Positions 50,864 through 63,638 of a DNA stretch of 64,000 nt are shown in pieces. This DNA comes from Eledone cirrhosa (lineage: Eukaryota). Where the stretch lies: assembly GCA_964016885.1 (NCBI GenBank), contig OZ024742.1, positions 355,570,001 through 355,634,000 on the forward strand. The letters run 5' to 3'. Position 1 is the first letter of the stretch; each line of letters begins with the position of its first letter. The translations under genes were made by a program, and so were the position numbers. The notes under the pieces were generated by a model. That model searched no databases. It worked only from the letters and a program-made list of their open reading frames with translations, and was not told the origin of the DNA.

Positions 50864-53800
50864 TTACAGATATATACTCAGAGTAGGCCCATTCACTCGG
50901 GCCATTCTTGCTTCTCTCACCCATCTTTCAACAAAATGCTGGGAAGAGAGCACTTCCCTCTCTACTCTGATTTTCCTTTTCAAATGAAATTTGAAAAAGT
51001 CAATCAGAGCATCACTGAAGAGGTAAGTGCTCGTCTTCAGCCCTTTCAAACGTGTCCACCATACTATCTCTTTCGCCATGGCCACCAGACAGATAAAAAC
51101 TGCCTGCCCTTCCCGGCTAAAGGAGGAGGGCGGGGCAATCCTCACGATGGACTCAGATGATAGCCGGATCCGTCCTAAACGCGACAGCAGGTGTTCGACA
51201 TAAACCCACAAGTCAGCAATTTTCGGACACTGGACGAGTGCGTGCAGGACGGTTTCGTCGACCTGCGCGCATCTCGGACATGCCCGGCTGACGGCACCTC
51301 CATGCCTGTAGAGTTTATCCCGAACTGGCAAGGCTCCTCGGTAGCACTGACAGGCCAGAGATTTCTGGAAGTTGTCCATAGGCCCTGGCCCGAAAATTCT
51401 TCCGAAGAGATTGGCTAGTTGATTTTCGTCGACGCCTAGGTTTTCCCCAAGTACGTCGTCGCTCTTCCCCTCCACTAATCCTCTATAGAACGCCGAGGTG
51501 GAGTCTGCACCGATCACATTGCCCGATTGGTCGAGGGCTGTGAGCGCCTGTAGACATTCCAGTCTCCAGGCGCTCCCTCTCGGAGTCTAGCAAACGGCGA
51601 CCACACCTGATCACCGTCGAGGAAGAGGTGGAGATGTCTTAGCCTGAGCGCGTGCCTGCGCATCATCAGCCACGGCATGCCCAGCCCACCACGTAGCGGG
51701 TGTTGACAACAGATGGACCGCCTGACCATCGGAGCGCGTCCCTTCCACAAAAAGCGAAAGAGCAAACGCTCCAGCGCAGTCAGGCGAGGCTTAGGACAAG
51801 GTACGACGGTCAGGCGGTAGCAGATGACGGACGCGATGTAAGCGTTAGCAACCTCCGCTCGACCTTTCAGGGATAGCTTCCTCTCGGCCCATTTCTGGGT
51901 GAGAGAAGCCACTCTGCTCGTCACCTCGTCCCAGTTTTTGTCCGTCTGGAGGTCCGGACCGAACCAGAGCCCTAGCAATTTAACGGTCCGTCCGTCCAGC
52001 GTCCGACGACGCTGTTGGACGGCATGGACCTGCCTCTCCAGGTGCCAAGCTGCAGGCCCACTGACTTTTCCTGGTTGATCATTGCCCCTGTCACCGCTTC
52101 GTATTCTCTTAGTTTAGTGCCGATCGCCTCGATGTGTTTGGCGTTCGACACCACTACGGTGACATCGTCCGCATATGCTGACACGGATCTTCCGCATCCT
52201 AGTTCGCGCAGGACGCCCCTCAACGTCTCCAGTTTGTGCAGTAATGGCTCGAGAGTCAATACGTACAAGAGAGACGAGAGGGGACATCCTTGGCGGACCA
52301 GGCGCATGATGTTGAACGGTTCCGAAAGGTGACCGTTCACTCTCACCACAGAGCAGATGTCGCTGTGCATGGCAGCGATACAGCCTCTGAAGACGGGCCC
52401 AAAGCCAGCCGCCCTCAGGACTGCCGCTAGGTAACGATGGTCGACCCTATCGAAAGCTTTCGACTGATCTAAATTGATCAAGGACCCACCCGTGCCAGGT
52501 TCCCTAGCTACCCTCTCTACGATGTATCGCATGAGGTGGAGGTTGTTGTGGATGGATCTGTGGGGAATGGCGCATGTCTGCGCCTCTCCCACCAGACCAC
52601 TAACGACAAGCGCCAACCTCTTTGCTAGCACCTTGGCCAAAATCTTGAACTCTGTGTTTAGCAGAGTTATGGGCCGGAAATTATCTATGTTATCCCCCTT
52701 GTTCGGATCCTTTCTCAGCAGTACCACCGCTCCTCGGCTCACAGAACTGGGAATTCTCCCGTTCTGTTGCTAGTTGCAGTAGACGTCCGCCAAGAGGCAT
52801 CCGAACAAGTCTGGCATCTGTACGTAAAGTTCACAGGGCAGACCATCCAAACCAGGCGATTTACCCCTTGTGCAGCCAGTCATTGTCTCCCTTACTTCAG
52901 CGGCTGTTATCGGCTTTTCGCAACACTTCGCCTCAGTGGCCGAGAGCCGCGGCAGTCCGTCGAGGTAGACACTAAAGTCCATACCTCGACCCGGCCCACC
53001 ACTGCCACCGAACAGCTGAGCGATGTGTCGCTGAAAAGCTTCACACATTTGCCCGGGATCGAGTAGCATGCGCCCGTCGTGGTCCACCAAAGACCGGATC
53101 GTGGCTTTGTTGCCACGACGCGCCTCCGCCACTCGGGCCCATTGAACGGCTTTCGTCCCCTCGTGTCTGAGAGCACGCACCCATGCTCTGACAACGCAGC
53201 CTTCGTGTTTTGCATTGAAGAATTGGTCAAGGGCCAATTCCGCCGCAAGCACGTCGGTCGCAATGCCTTTGCTGAGCGCCTCGTCTAATTTTCTAACTAG
53301 TTCTCCCTCTGCTCTATTTTTCTCTATTGCTAAAGCCTTACTAAACCTAATGGATTCTATTCTAGTCACTCTTTTCAGAGCAAACCACCACTTGTTGTTG
53401 ACGATGGCCCCCGTCAACGCCCGCTTAACTAGTTCGCTAATCCGGTCTCTGTAGGCCTTGCGCGCTGGTAAGGACGCGTTTAGCTTCCAGTAGCCGGGTC
53501 CTCGTCTATGAAGCCTATCTAAGTCAAGCACACAGATCACGAATTTGTGGTCCGTGTAGCTGACTATCTTGAATTGTGGACAGCCTATGCTAGACCTATC
53601 TATTTCCCTACAAAATACTCTATCTAGATATGATCTGGATGACCCTATGCGATTTGTCCAAGTCCACATTGGCACATTCGGGAAATCCAATCGGTACCTG
53701 TCAGACAGTTCAAAACGCCTGAGCAGGTTGGTGAGGCTCTTGCACCCTCCACCCCTATCCGCTAATCCCACACAGTCCCAGCGTGCATCTAAGATCCCGT

Positions 53801-54227
53801 TCCAGTCGCCCACTAACACTAAAGAGCGGGACGTTCCAAGAAAGGTCTCCAGACGCCGGAAGAAATCAGGCCGCCCTGCTCCTGTCGGGGCATAGACGGC
53901 CACTAGCCTGAAAGCTTGCCCGTCTCCGCTGGTCAGGTCCAGCACCACCAGCTTACCCTCTGGGTCCAGGAAGATGGCCCGTATGGCGAGATCCAAACCT
54001 CTCCGAAAAAGCACAGCAACTCCTCCCCCCGATCCCGGACGGCTGGGAGATGCGTACACATCGTAGCCGCCAAAGATCGGTGCGAAGGCCCGTGCTTCGG
54101 AGATTCTGGTCTCGCTGATGGCCACTACATCTATGTTTAGTGACCCGAGGTCGTTGAGCAGGTGACCCTGCTTCCATGACGACCCCAAGCCACGCGCATT
54201 TATGCTGCCTATTCTGAGTGAGGTCAT
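50864..54227 (-). pseudogene. Tx1 ORF2 (APE endonuclease, RT, zinc finger)
   Basis: INARGL, ISET, GDWN, YLDR, TDH, NFRPITLLN, KAFDRVDH, RQGCPLS and YADD. A stop at 52770 plus frameshifts. Confidence 0.92.
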
Positions 54228-54262
54228 GTTTAAAATAGAGTGGAAAAGATGGGAAAGACCAC

Positions 54263-56361
54263 TTACCGTACTTTTGGTAGAGGAGGGATGGTTTTTACAT
54301 CCCTTTTCACTTGATCGTCTGGTGAAGGGACCGTTGAATCGTCTTTTCGGCTGGGCGTCGGCTCTTCTAAGAGAATGTCTGAATATACTCTTCTATTGAT
54401 AGTTCCTCCTAGGTCCCTGAAATCACCAACTGCGTTGGGGAGTTTCGTTTTAATGTTTGTGTATTGTTTCTGTGCTATTTTTAGCAGTCTTATGTTAGTT
54501 GGCGTTTTGATTGGTGCTGGTATTATGTAGTCGTGTTGTGAAATGTCTGTGTGTTCAATTATGTAAGTCATTAGTTTCTTGTTGTGTGTATTTATTGCCG
54601 TGCATTTGTTTTTCTGGGGGTGGGGTGTGGTTCTGCTATTTTCTTGTCGTTGTTGCTGGGTGTGTGTGTTTTGTTGTTGTGTTTGCGATGTTGGTGCTTG
54701 TGGTGGTGGTGTTGAAGGTGTTGTTGGCGGTGGGGTTGTCGCCGGTGGTGATGGTGGTGCTAGTGTGGGTGGTGATGGTGTTGGTGGTGTTGCTGCTGTG
54801 GGTCTCTTTGCAGTAGACTTTACCCTTTTCTCATTTCTATCCTCCCTTTTCAAAGGCGACGATGCGCTGCTTCTGCGTTTGTGCCTTCTTACGATCTTTT
54901 GTCATTCCTCTCCCACCTCACACTCCATGTCTGATTCTGTGAGGTCGGGGAGGAGTACCAGCTCCACTCTTTCACTTGTTGTTGTTGGTGATGTTTGCAC
55001 TGGAGTCTCTGTTGCAGCTGCATTTGGTATTGCTGTTGTTGTTGTTAATATTTCCACTGCTGCTGCTGTTTTTGATTTCCGTGGCGTGGGTATGGGTGCC
55101 ACGAACCTATCGTTCCTGGTTGCCGCTTGTCCTGTTGCTGGTAGCCGTGGAGCCGGTTTCGGAAGGAGGGGGGTTTTCTCTTTTCTCAGGGTCTTCTCGT
55201 TGCAGAAGGCCCTGAGGTGAGTCTTCGATCCACAGCGAAAGCATTTCGGGCGTTTGCCCTCAACACTTATGGGCAGTTGAGTGCCGTTATCGAAGTCTAT
55301 CACATCCGGGATAGCTTCGATGCACTCCTGGTTGGTTTGGATTAGCATCTCAATGGAGGTGCCGACCCAATCTTCTCTTACTTTTTTCTGTACTTGCAGT
55401 ACAGTTGTTTTGTCCTCGATTCCGACGAGGACTGACGCGGCCAGCCAGGAAGGGGCCATTCCGGGGGGGACGTGGGTCAGTTTGACCCTCACAATTTTTT
55501 GCCCGCAGTAGGAGGGCACCAACACCATTTCCTCGCTCCTTAGGGTTACTACGGATTGGGCCTTTGCCTCCTGGGATGTGGCAAAAAGTACGTCTACGGT
55601 GGCCTATTTTTTGCCTCGATGGTGTGCGTTTTCCGCTGCCACACAGACCCCAAGGCTTTTTGTATTTGGGCCTCTGTGGCTCTTTCCACCCTACGGGATT
55701 TTGTACTTACTGTACGGTACGTGACCGTACAGTGCTGTTGGGTTTCGAAAAATGTTTCCGCTGCCTTGCAGATTGCTCGGTGTCTATTCTTTGTCACCAT
55801 CTTCTTCGCTTCCTCTAATTCCTTATTTGTTATGAGGATTGTTTCCAAGTTTTTCGCAATACCTGCAAATGAGATTGGTTTTTCTTTGCTGCTGTTGTTG
55901 TTGTCGTCAGAGCTGCTGTTACTTTTGTTGTTGCTGCAGGTACTACGACTACTGCCTTCGCCGCTGTTGCTGTGGTTGTTGTTGGTGTTGCTGCTGCTAA
56001 TGCTGTTGTTGTTTATGCTGCTGGTGATGCTGTTGCGGCTGCTACTGTTGTTTTCATTGTCACTGTTGCTGTTGTTATTACGGCTGCTACTGCTATTATT
56101 CCTGACGTCAGACGAATGAACTGGGTTTTCGTATTTCCCGCACACCTGTTTCGTCGCTGTCGTCTTTGTCGTGGAGAAACCTTGCACGCTTTGCACGAGA
56201 CTTTTCTTTTCTTTCGTCGCTTGCGAAAGAGAAGGGAGGGAGAGAGACACATTTAAAGAAGGGAGGGAGAGAGACAATCTTCTCTCTGCTGGTGTGATGA
56301 TTGAGGAAGAAGAAGACGGAATGAGTGGGAGTGACCTATGCAAATTCTTTTTCGTAGCCAT
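54263..56361 (-). pseudogene. Tx1 ORF1 (gag-like, CCHC knuckle, Ser/Asn- and Pro/Thr-rich)
   Basis: CX2CX4HX4C motif, one frameshift near 55590, and a TGA at 54902 where the sister copy has W. Confidence 0.8.
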
Positions 56362-56600
56362 GTTGTTTTTTTTGTTTAAAATAAATATTGGGTACAAAAC
56401 CCCAATAAGCAGTTATTTAACCCCGAAGGGCCAAATAACGGGCAGAAAGACCCCTCTAACGAGGAGGAGGGTGTTTTTGTCTACAAGTTGGTCTAAGTTT
56501 TAAACAATTTACAATTGTTATAGCGTTCAACATTTAGAATACCTTACAGAGCCGAGCCTCCGTCAACCATAGCATTCAATAATAATAATAATAATAATAA

Positions 56601-59600
56601 TGATTTCTTTATTAACCACAAGGGTTTACATAGAGTAGACATTAAGGACAGTGCAAGACAATACAGGACGGTACAAATGGGCATGTCTGCGTTTAAAAAC
56701 AAAAACAGAGGATGTAACAAAAAATAACAATGAAAAATTCCCCAATAGGGGGGAGACTTCGGAGGTACATTTGTGGAGAAAGCCCAGTAAAAAGCCGCAA
56801 TGACCCTGACCACCAAGTTGTCCACCTTTAATTTACAGATATAAACTCAGAGTAGGCCCATTCACTCGGGCCATTCTTGCTTCTCTCACCCATCTTTCGA
56901 CAAAATGCTGGGAAGAGAGCACTTCCCTCTCTACCCTGATATTCCTATTCAAATGAAATTTTAAAAAGTTAATCAGGGCATCACCGAAGAGGTAACTGCT
57001 CGTGTTCAGCCCTTTCAAACAATGTCCACCATACTATCTCTTTCGCCATGGCCACCAGACAGATAAAAACTGCCCGCCCTTCCCGGCTAAAGGAAGAGGG
57101 CAGGGCAATCCTCACGATGGACACAGCTGCTATCTGGATCCGTCCTACACGTGACAGCAGGTGTTCTACATAAACAGACAAGTCAGCAATGCTCGGAAAC
57201 TGGATGAGTGCGTGCAGGACGGTTTCGTCGCCCTGCGTGCATCTCGGACATGCCCGGCTGACGGCACCTCCATGCCTGTAGAGTTTATCCCGAACTGGCA
57301 AAGCTCCTCGGTAGCACTGTCAGGCCAGGGATTTCTGGAAATTATCCATAGGCCCCGCCCCGAAAGTCTTTACGAAGAGATTGGCTAGGTGATTTTCGTC
57401 GACGCCTAGATTTTCTCCAAGTACGTCGTCGCTCTTCCCCTCCACTAATCCTCTATAGAATTGCAAGGTGGAGTTTCCACCGATCACATTGCCCGATTGA
57501 AGAGGGCTGTGAGCGCCTGACGACATTCCAGTCTCCAGGCGTTCCCTCTGGGTTTTCGCTTGACCCAGGACTGCAGCTCCGACAAGGAGACGTGCTGGGG
57601 AAAGACGTGTCTAGCAAACGGCAACCACACCTGATCACCGTCGAGGAAGAGGTGGAGATGTCGTAGCCTGTGCGCGTGTCTGCGCATCATCAGCCACAGC
57701 ATGCCCAGCCCTCCACGTAGCGGGTGTTGACAGCATACGGACCACATGACCATCGGAGCGCGTCCCTTCCACAAAAAGCGAAAGAGCAAACGCTCCAGCA
57801 CAGTCAGGCGGGGCTTAGGACAAGGTACGACGGTCAGGCGGTAGTAGATGACGGACGCGATGTACGCGTTAGCGACCTGCGCTCGACCTTCCAGGGATAG
57901 CTTCCGCTCCGCCCATTTCTGGGTGAGAGAAGCCTGCCTGCTCGTTACCTCGACCCAGTTTTTGTCCGTCTGGAGGTCCGGACCGAACCAGACCCTTAGC
58001 AATTTAACCGGTCCGTCCTTCCAGCGCCCGACGACGCTGTTGGACGGCATGGACCTGCCTCTCCAGGTGCCGAGCTACAGGCTCACTGACTTTTTCTGGT
58101 TGATCATTGCTCCTGTCACCGCTTCGTATATATTTAATGTAGTGCCGATCGCCTCGATGTGTTTGACGTTCGACACCACTCCGTTGACATCGTCCGCATA
58201 TGCTGACACGGATCTTCCGCATCCTAGTTTGCACGGGACACCCCCTCAACGTCTCCAGTTTGTGCAGTAATGGCTCGAGAGTCAATACGTAAAAGAGGGA
58301 CGAGAAGGGACATCCTTGGCGGACCGAGCGCATGATGTTGAACGGTTCCGAAAGGTGACCGTTCACCTCACCACAGAGCAGATGGCGCTGTGCATGGCAG
58401 CGATCCAACCTCTGAAGACGAGCCCAAAGCCAGCCGCCCATAGGACTGCCACGACGCGCCTCCGCCACTCGGGCCCATTGAACGGCTTTCTTCCCCCCGT
58501 GTCTGAGAACACGCACCCTAGCTCTGTCAACGCAGCTTTCGTGCTTTGCATTGAAGAATTGGTCAAAGGCCAATTACGCCGCAAGCACGTCGGTCACGAT
58601 GCCTTTGCTAAGCGCCTCGTCTAATTTTCTAACTAATTCTCCCTCTGCTCTATTTTTCTCTATTGCTAAAGCCTTACTAAACCTAATGGACTCTATTCTA
58701 ATTGCTCTTTTCAGAGCAAACGACCACTTGTTGTTGACGATGGCCCCCGTCAACGCCCGCTTAACTAGTTCGCTAATCCGGTCTCTGTAGGACTTGCGCA
58801 CTGGTAAGGACGCGTTTAGCTTCCAGTAGCCGTGTCCTCGTCTATGAAGCCTATCTAAGTCAAGCACACAGATCACTAACTTGAGGTCCGTGTAGCTGAC
58901 TATCTTGAATTGGGGACAGCCTATGCTAGACCTATCTATTTCCCTACAAAATACTCTATCTAGATATGATCTGGATGACCCTACCGATTTGTCCAAGTCC
59001 ACATTGTCACATTCAGGATATCCAATCGGTACCTGTCAGACAGTTCAAAACGCCTGAGCAGGTTGGTGAGGCTCTTGCACCCTCCTCACCTATCTGCTGA
59101 TTCCACACAGTGCCAGCGTGCATCTAAGATCCCGTTCCAGTCTCCCACTAGCACTAAAAAGCGGGACGTTCAAAGAAAGGTCTCCAGACGCCGGAAGAAA
59201 TCAGGCCGCCCTGCTCCTGTCGGGGCATAGACGGCCACTAGCCTGAAAGCTTGCCCATCTCCGCTGGTCACGTCTAGCACCACCAACTTACCTTCTGGGT
59301 CCAGGAAGATGGCCCGTATGGCGAGAACTAAACCTCTCCGAAAAAGCACAGCAACTCCACGCCCCGTTCCTGGACGGCTGGAAGATGCGTACACATCGTA
59401 GCTGCCGAAGATCGGTGCGAAGGCCCGTGCTTCGGAGATTCTGGTCTCGCTGATAGCCACTACATCTATGTTTAGTGACCTGAAGTTGTTGAGCAGGTGA
59501 CCTTGCTTCCATGACGACCCCAAACCACGCGCATTTATGCTGCCTATTCTGAGTGAGGTCATGTTGAAATGTAGTGGAAAAGATGGGAAAGACCACTTAC

Positions 59601-61671
59601 CTTACTTCTCGTAGAGGAAGATGGTTTGTCCTTCCTTTTCACTGTTTGTGGTCCCCTCCGAAAGGATGTCCTTATAAATCCTCCTGGAGAGTGTTTGTTG
59701 GAAGTCTCCGGTGTCTTTGGGGAATTTTGTTTTCTGGGTGATACGAGTGATTTGTATGTGTGGAGGTGCTGTGAACTGTTGGGTTGTTGTGTAGTATTTT
59801 TCTGTGATGCTGGTGTTGTGTTGGATGTAGTATAATAATTGTTTCTACTTTTTGGCACAAGGCCAGCAATTACCCAGCACATTACTGGTACTTTATTTTA
59901 TCGACCCCGTAAGGATGAAAGGCAAAGTTAACCTCGGCGGAATTTGAACTCAGATCATAAAGGGACATAACTATGCTAGAAAGCATGGCGTCTGACCCTC
60001 TACCGATACTGCCAATTCACCATTGTTGTTCATATTTAATGCTGTGAAGTGTGGATTGTTTTGGTCGTTTTGTTTTGTTTGCGGTTGTTGTGGACTTGTT
60101 TCTGTTTCGCTTTTTGGTGACTTTTGTGGTGTTGGTGATGGTGGTGTTGGGGTTAATGATGGTTATGGTGTTGGTGTTTGTGGTGATAGGGTTGGTGATG
60201 CTGGTGTGGATGGTGGCATATCTGTCCTAACTTTTTTGTATGATAGTTTATTTGTTTCTCTCTGTATTTTGTTTTTGGAGGGGGAAGGAAGGGAATGTTT
60301 TCTTTTTTGGTTTCTTTTTTTTCTTTTTTCCTGATACCATTTCCCACTCCTCGTCGTCACAATCTGTCTCCAGTTGTGATAGGCCGGGGAGTGGAAAATA
60401 ATCCACAGGCGTTGGTTTTGGTTCTGGCGTAGTGGATGGTGTAGGCGCTGGTGCTAGTTCTGTCGCGTTGAGGGGTGGTGCTGTTGGTTTTGCTACTGTT
60501 GTTGGGGTTGTTGCTGTAACAGTTGCTTCTGTTGTTGCTTCTACAGTTGTTCCTGCCATCCCTGCTGGTGGTGGTGTTGATGGTTGGGTCACTGGGTTGG
60601 GTAAGAGAGGTCGCCTCAACCATTTAGTCTGAGGGAAGAAAGCCCTTAGGTGGGTTCCTTCACCACAAACAACACACCTAGGCCTTCTGCCCTCGTCGAT
60701 TACGGTGAGGTGGCTGCCGTCAGTGAGGTCTATTACCTCTGGGATATCCTCAATGCTTTTTTGGTCCGCTTGTATCAGGAGCTCCATCCCAGATCCGGAC
60801 CAGTTCTCCTGCTTTTCGTTCGCTATTTCGATTATCTTGGTGTTGGCTTCTATGCCCGCAAGGACAGCCGCTATTAGCCAGGGAATTTCGATGGCCGGTG
60901 GAACGTGGGTCACCCTGATCTTTACGAGACTCTGGCCACAATAGCTTGGGACGAGTGTGAAGTCGTCTCTTAATGGTGCCATGGAGTGTTCTCTAGCCTC
61001 CTGTGATGTTTCAAAGAACACGTCCACTGTTCCATATTTCTGCCCACGTCTGATGTGGGTTTTTTTGGCCTACACATGTCCCAAAGCTTTTTTGGATTTG
61101 TGACTCGGATGCCCGTACCACTCGGTGCGATTTTATGTTAATTGTTCGATAAGACGCAGTGCATAGGCGCCGATGCTCCATTTTATTAGGTGTGTGTGTG
61201 TGGGGGGGGTGAGGCTGTCCCTGTAGTCGCGGTGTTTGATGGTGGTGGTGGTTGTCGCGGTGGTGGTGGTGGTGGTGGCGGCTTTAACACCTGCAGTCAT
61301 TGGTAATGCCGGGAAATGAATGTCTGCCTGAGTTAAATTTAAAATATTGCTACTGCTTATATTTTTAGTGTTGGCAAACGTAGTAATATTTACAAGGGTG
61401 GTGTCGGTGTGAGGTGTTAGTTTGTGAGGAAGGCGTGACCCCGGGTCGTCCATGATTTTTAAAAGAAAAATCTTTGTTTGATAATTATAAAAGTTTAAAT
61501 TTTGGGCTCAAGGCCCCAATCGTTGTGAGTGTCCTTTTCAGAAAACAATGTAGTATGTGCACTTATAAACAGTTTACAATAAAACAAATTCCATAAATGG
61601 CAATTTTAAACAACTGAAATTAACAAACCTTTGCGGAGCTCACGATGATACGATTTGCTACGTAGGTCGCC
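56601..61671 (-). mobile_element. Tx1-clade LINE, copy 3: ORF2 and 3' UTR like copy 2, divergent 5' UTR and ORF1, internal deletion, SINE insertion
   Basis: ORF2 starts at 59562 (MTSLRIGSINARGL). About 690 bp are deleted at ~58448 with tgcc microhomology. ORF1 60248-61027 has CVVCGEGTHLRAFF. The 5' end abuts TAA repeats at 61672. Confidence 0.92.
59833..60022 (-). mobile_element. SINE family 1 inserted in Tx1 copy 3 ORF1
   Basis: Full SINE consensus interrupting the ORF1 low-complexity region. Confidence 0.9.
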
Positions 61672-62340
61672 AATAATAATAATAATTGTTTCTACTTTAG
61701 GCACAAGGCCAGCAATTACCCAGTGCATTACTAGTACTTTATTTTATCGACCCTTATAATAATAATAATAATAATTGTTTCCACTTTGAAAGGCAAAGTT
61801 AACATCGGTGAGGTTTGATTCAGACCGTAAAGGGGCGAAATTCTATTCTGCAAATCATGGCGTCCGACCCTCTACCGATACTGCCAATCCACCGCCAATA
61901 ATGACTTTTACTTTATACACAAGAGCAGCAATTTGAAAGAGGGGGGTCGATTAAATCTACTCCAGTACTCACTGGTACTTTATTTTATCGACCCCGTAAA
62001 AATGAAAGGAAAAGTTAACATTGGCGGGATTTGAACTCAAACATGAAATGTCATCAATGTTATACTGCAAAGAATGTTGTACGACAACAACAAGTACAAT
62101 AATAATACTAATAATTATACTAATACTACTACTAATTGTAGCTATTTCTACTATAGGCATAAGACCAGCAATGTCAAGGTAAGAGGAAAGTCGATTAAAT
62201 CGACACTAGTACATTACTGGTGCTATATTTTTTCGACATTGTAAAGCTAAGCTCGATTTGAAATCTGATCGTAAAGAGCCATAACTCTATTCCACAAACC
62301 CTGTTGTCAGGCGCTCTACCGATACTGCCAATCCATCGCC
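61672..62340 (-). mobile_element. Cluster of about three SINE family 1 copies
   Basis: 61672-61895 (split by an internal TAA tract), ~61900-62085 and ~62125-62340. Confidence 0.85.
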
Positions 62341-62559
62341 CTATACTAATCTAAAATTAGAAACGAAACGTGAGTGTCGATTTTTCTAGTCGGTCCAATG
62401 ACGCCACTGAATGACCCATCAGTAATTTCACTAGAATGTAGCAGATATATACATATAGCGCTGACATCAGAATGGAGGTCGGATTAAAAAACATAGCCAA
62501 CATTAAAAGCATCGAGCGGTTGGTGGTGTCATCAAGAATAGTTAAGAAGCAAATAGAAG

Positions 62560-62830
62560 AGAAAATACTTATAAGAACTTACGGTTAATGGAAGCTGATC
62601 AGTTAATGAATGAGGAAATGAGGACATTTAGGGTGGTATACGTGTGCAAACTGAGACTTATTATCACGTCGAAACTGAATGGACGGAATATAAATACTTG
62701 GGTGGTATCCCTTATGGGTCGGGGGTGATCACGTGGAATGTGAAAGAGCAAAATAGTTTAGACCGAAATACAAGAAAGATATTGACTAGATGTGGTGTAG
62801 CTCACCGAAAGAGCGACACAGAGTGTGTAG
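62560..62830 (+). mobile_element. Ancient Dong/R4-like RT fragment
   Basis: GVITWNVKEQNSLDRNTRKILTRCGVAHRKSD parallels GILRWN..EQKEMDRKTRKLLT...HKRSD. Confidence 0.65.
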
Positions 62831-63196
62831 GGACTTAGTTGCTTGATATAAACTTCTGGATTGACCCTCCTTCTTTCTCAGTAACACTTCTTGCTACCGT
62901 CACAGAATAGGAACTGTAGGTTCCCTACATATAATACACATATAACAAAGGCATAACACTTCTCTACACTTCAGTAATCCATGGAAACTGAAAGAGAGGA
63001 GAACAGTTTCATTATCTTTGCATATCATTATTTTCAAAGAAATCACTATTTTTAAACATCTCCACTCGACAGATGTATGTTCCTGAAGAGCTTAGCCAGA
63101 TTCGGAAATGTCAATACTTTCCACTTCATTAGCAATGGCTATGCGTGTCTTCTGTTTAAAAGTGTCATGCAAATATACTTTCCAAAAATGAATACA

Positions 63197-63279
<83 letters not shown>

Positions 63280-63354
63280 TAAGCAAAGAATCGCTGCTTT
63301 CACACTTAACGGGATCTTATTCGCATTTATTATTATTATTGGTATATATAAAAC

Positions 63355-63510
63355 CGGCGAGGTTTACTTTGCCTTTCATCCTTAGAGGGTCGATAAAATA
63401 AAGTAGCATTAATGCACTGGGTAATTGCTGACCTTCTGCCTAAAGTAGAAACAGTTATTATTACTATATATATATTGCTGGCCTTGTGCCAAAAATAGAA
63501 ACAATTATAT
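63355..63510 (+). mobile_element. SINE family 1 3' half with a duplicated tail
   Basis: ctttgcctttcatccttagagggtcgataaaataaagta, then gctg.cctt.tgcc.aaa.tagaaaca.tta twice. Confidence 0.85.
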
Positions 63511-63513
63511 TAT

Positions 63514-63622
<109 letters not shown>

Positions 63623-63638
63623 GTGTGTGTGTGTGTGT

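Larger units (their letters stand above)
50616..56576 (-). mobile_element. Tx1-clade LINE, subfamily 2, full length (ORF1 and ORF2) with a few lesions, flanked by (TAA)n on both sides
   Basis: ORF1 pieces 55594-56397, 54902-55528 (CFRCGSKTHLRAFC zinc knuckle) and 54263-54853. ORF2 pieces 52770-54227, 51972-52742, 51514-51978 and 50864-51517. Confidence 0.93.

Noticed and set aside
54511-56503. Plus-strand V/G/L-rich ORFs resembling membrane proteins
   Set aside because: They are antisense shadows of low-complexity Tx1 ORF1.
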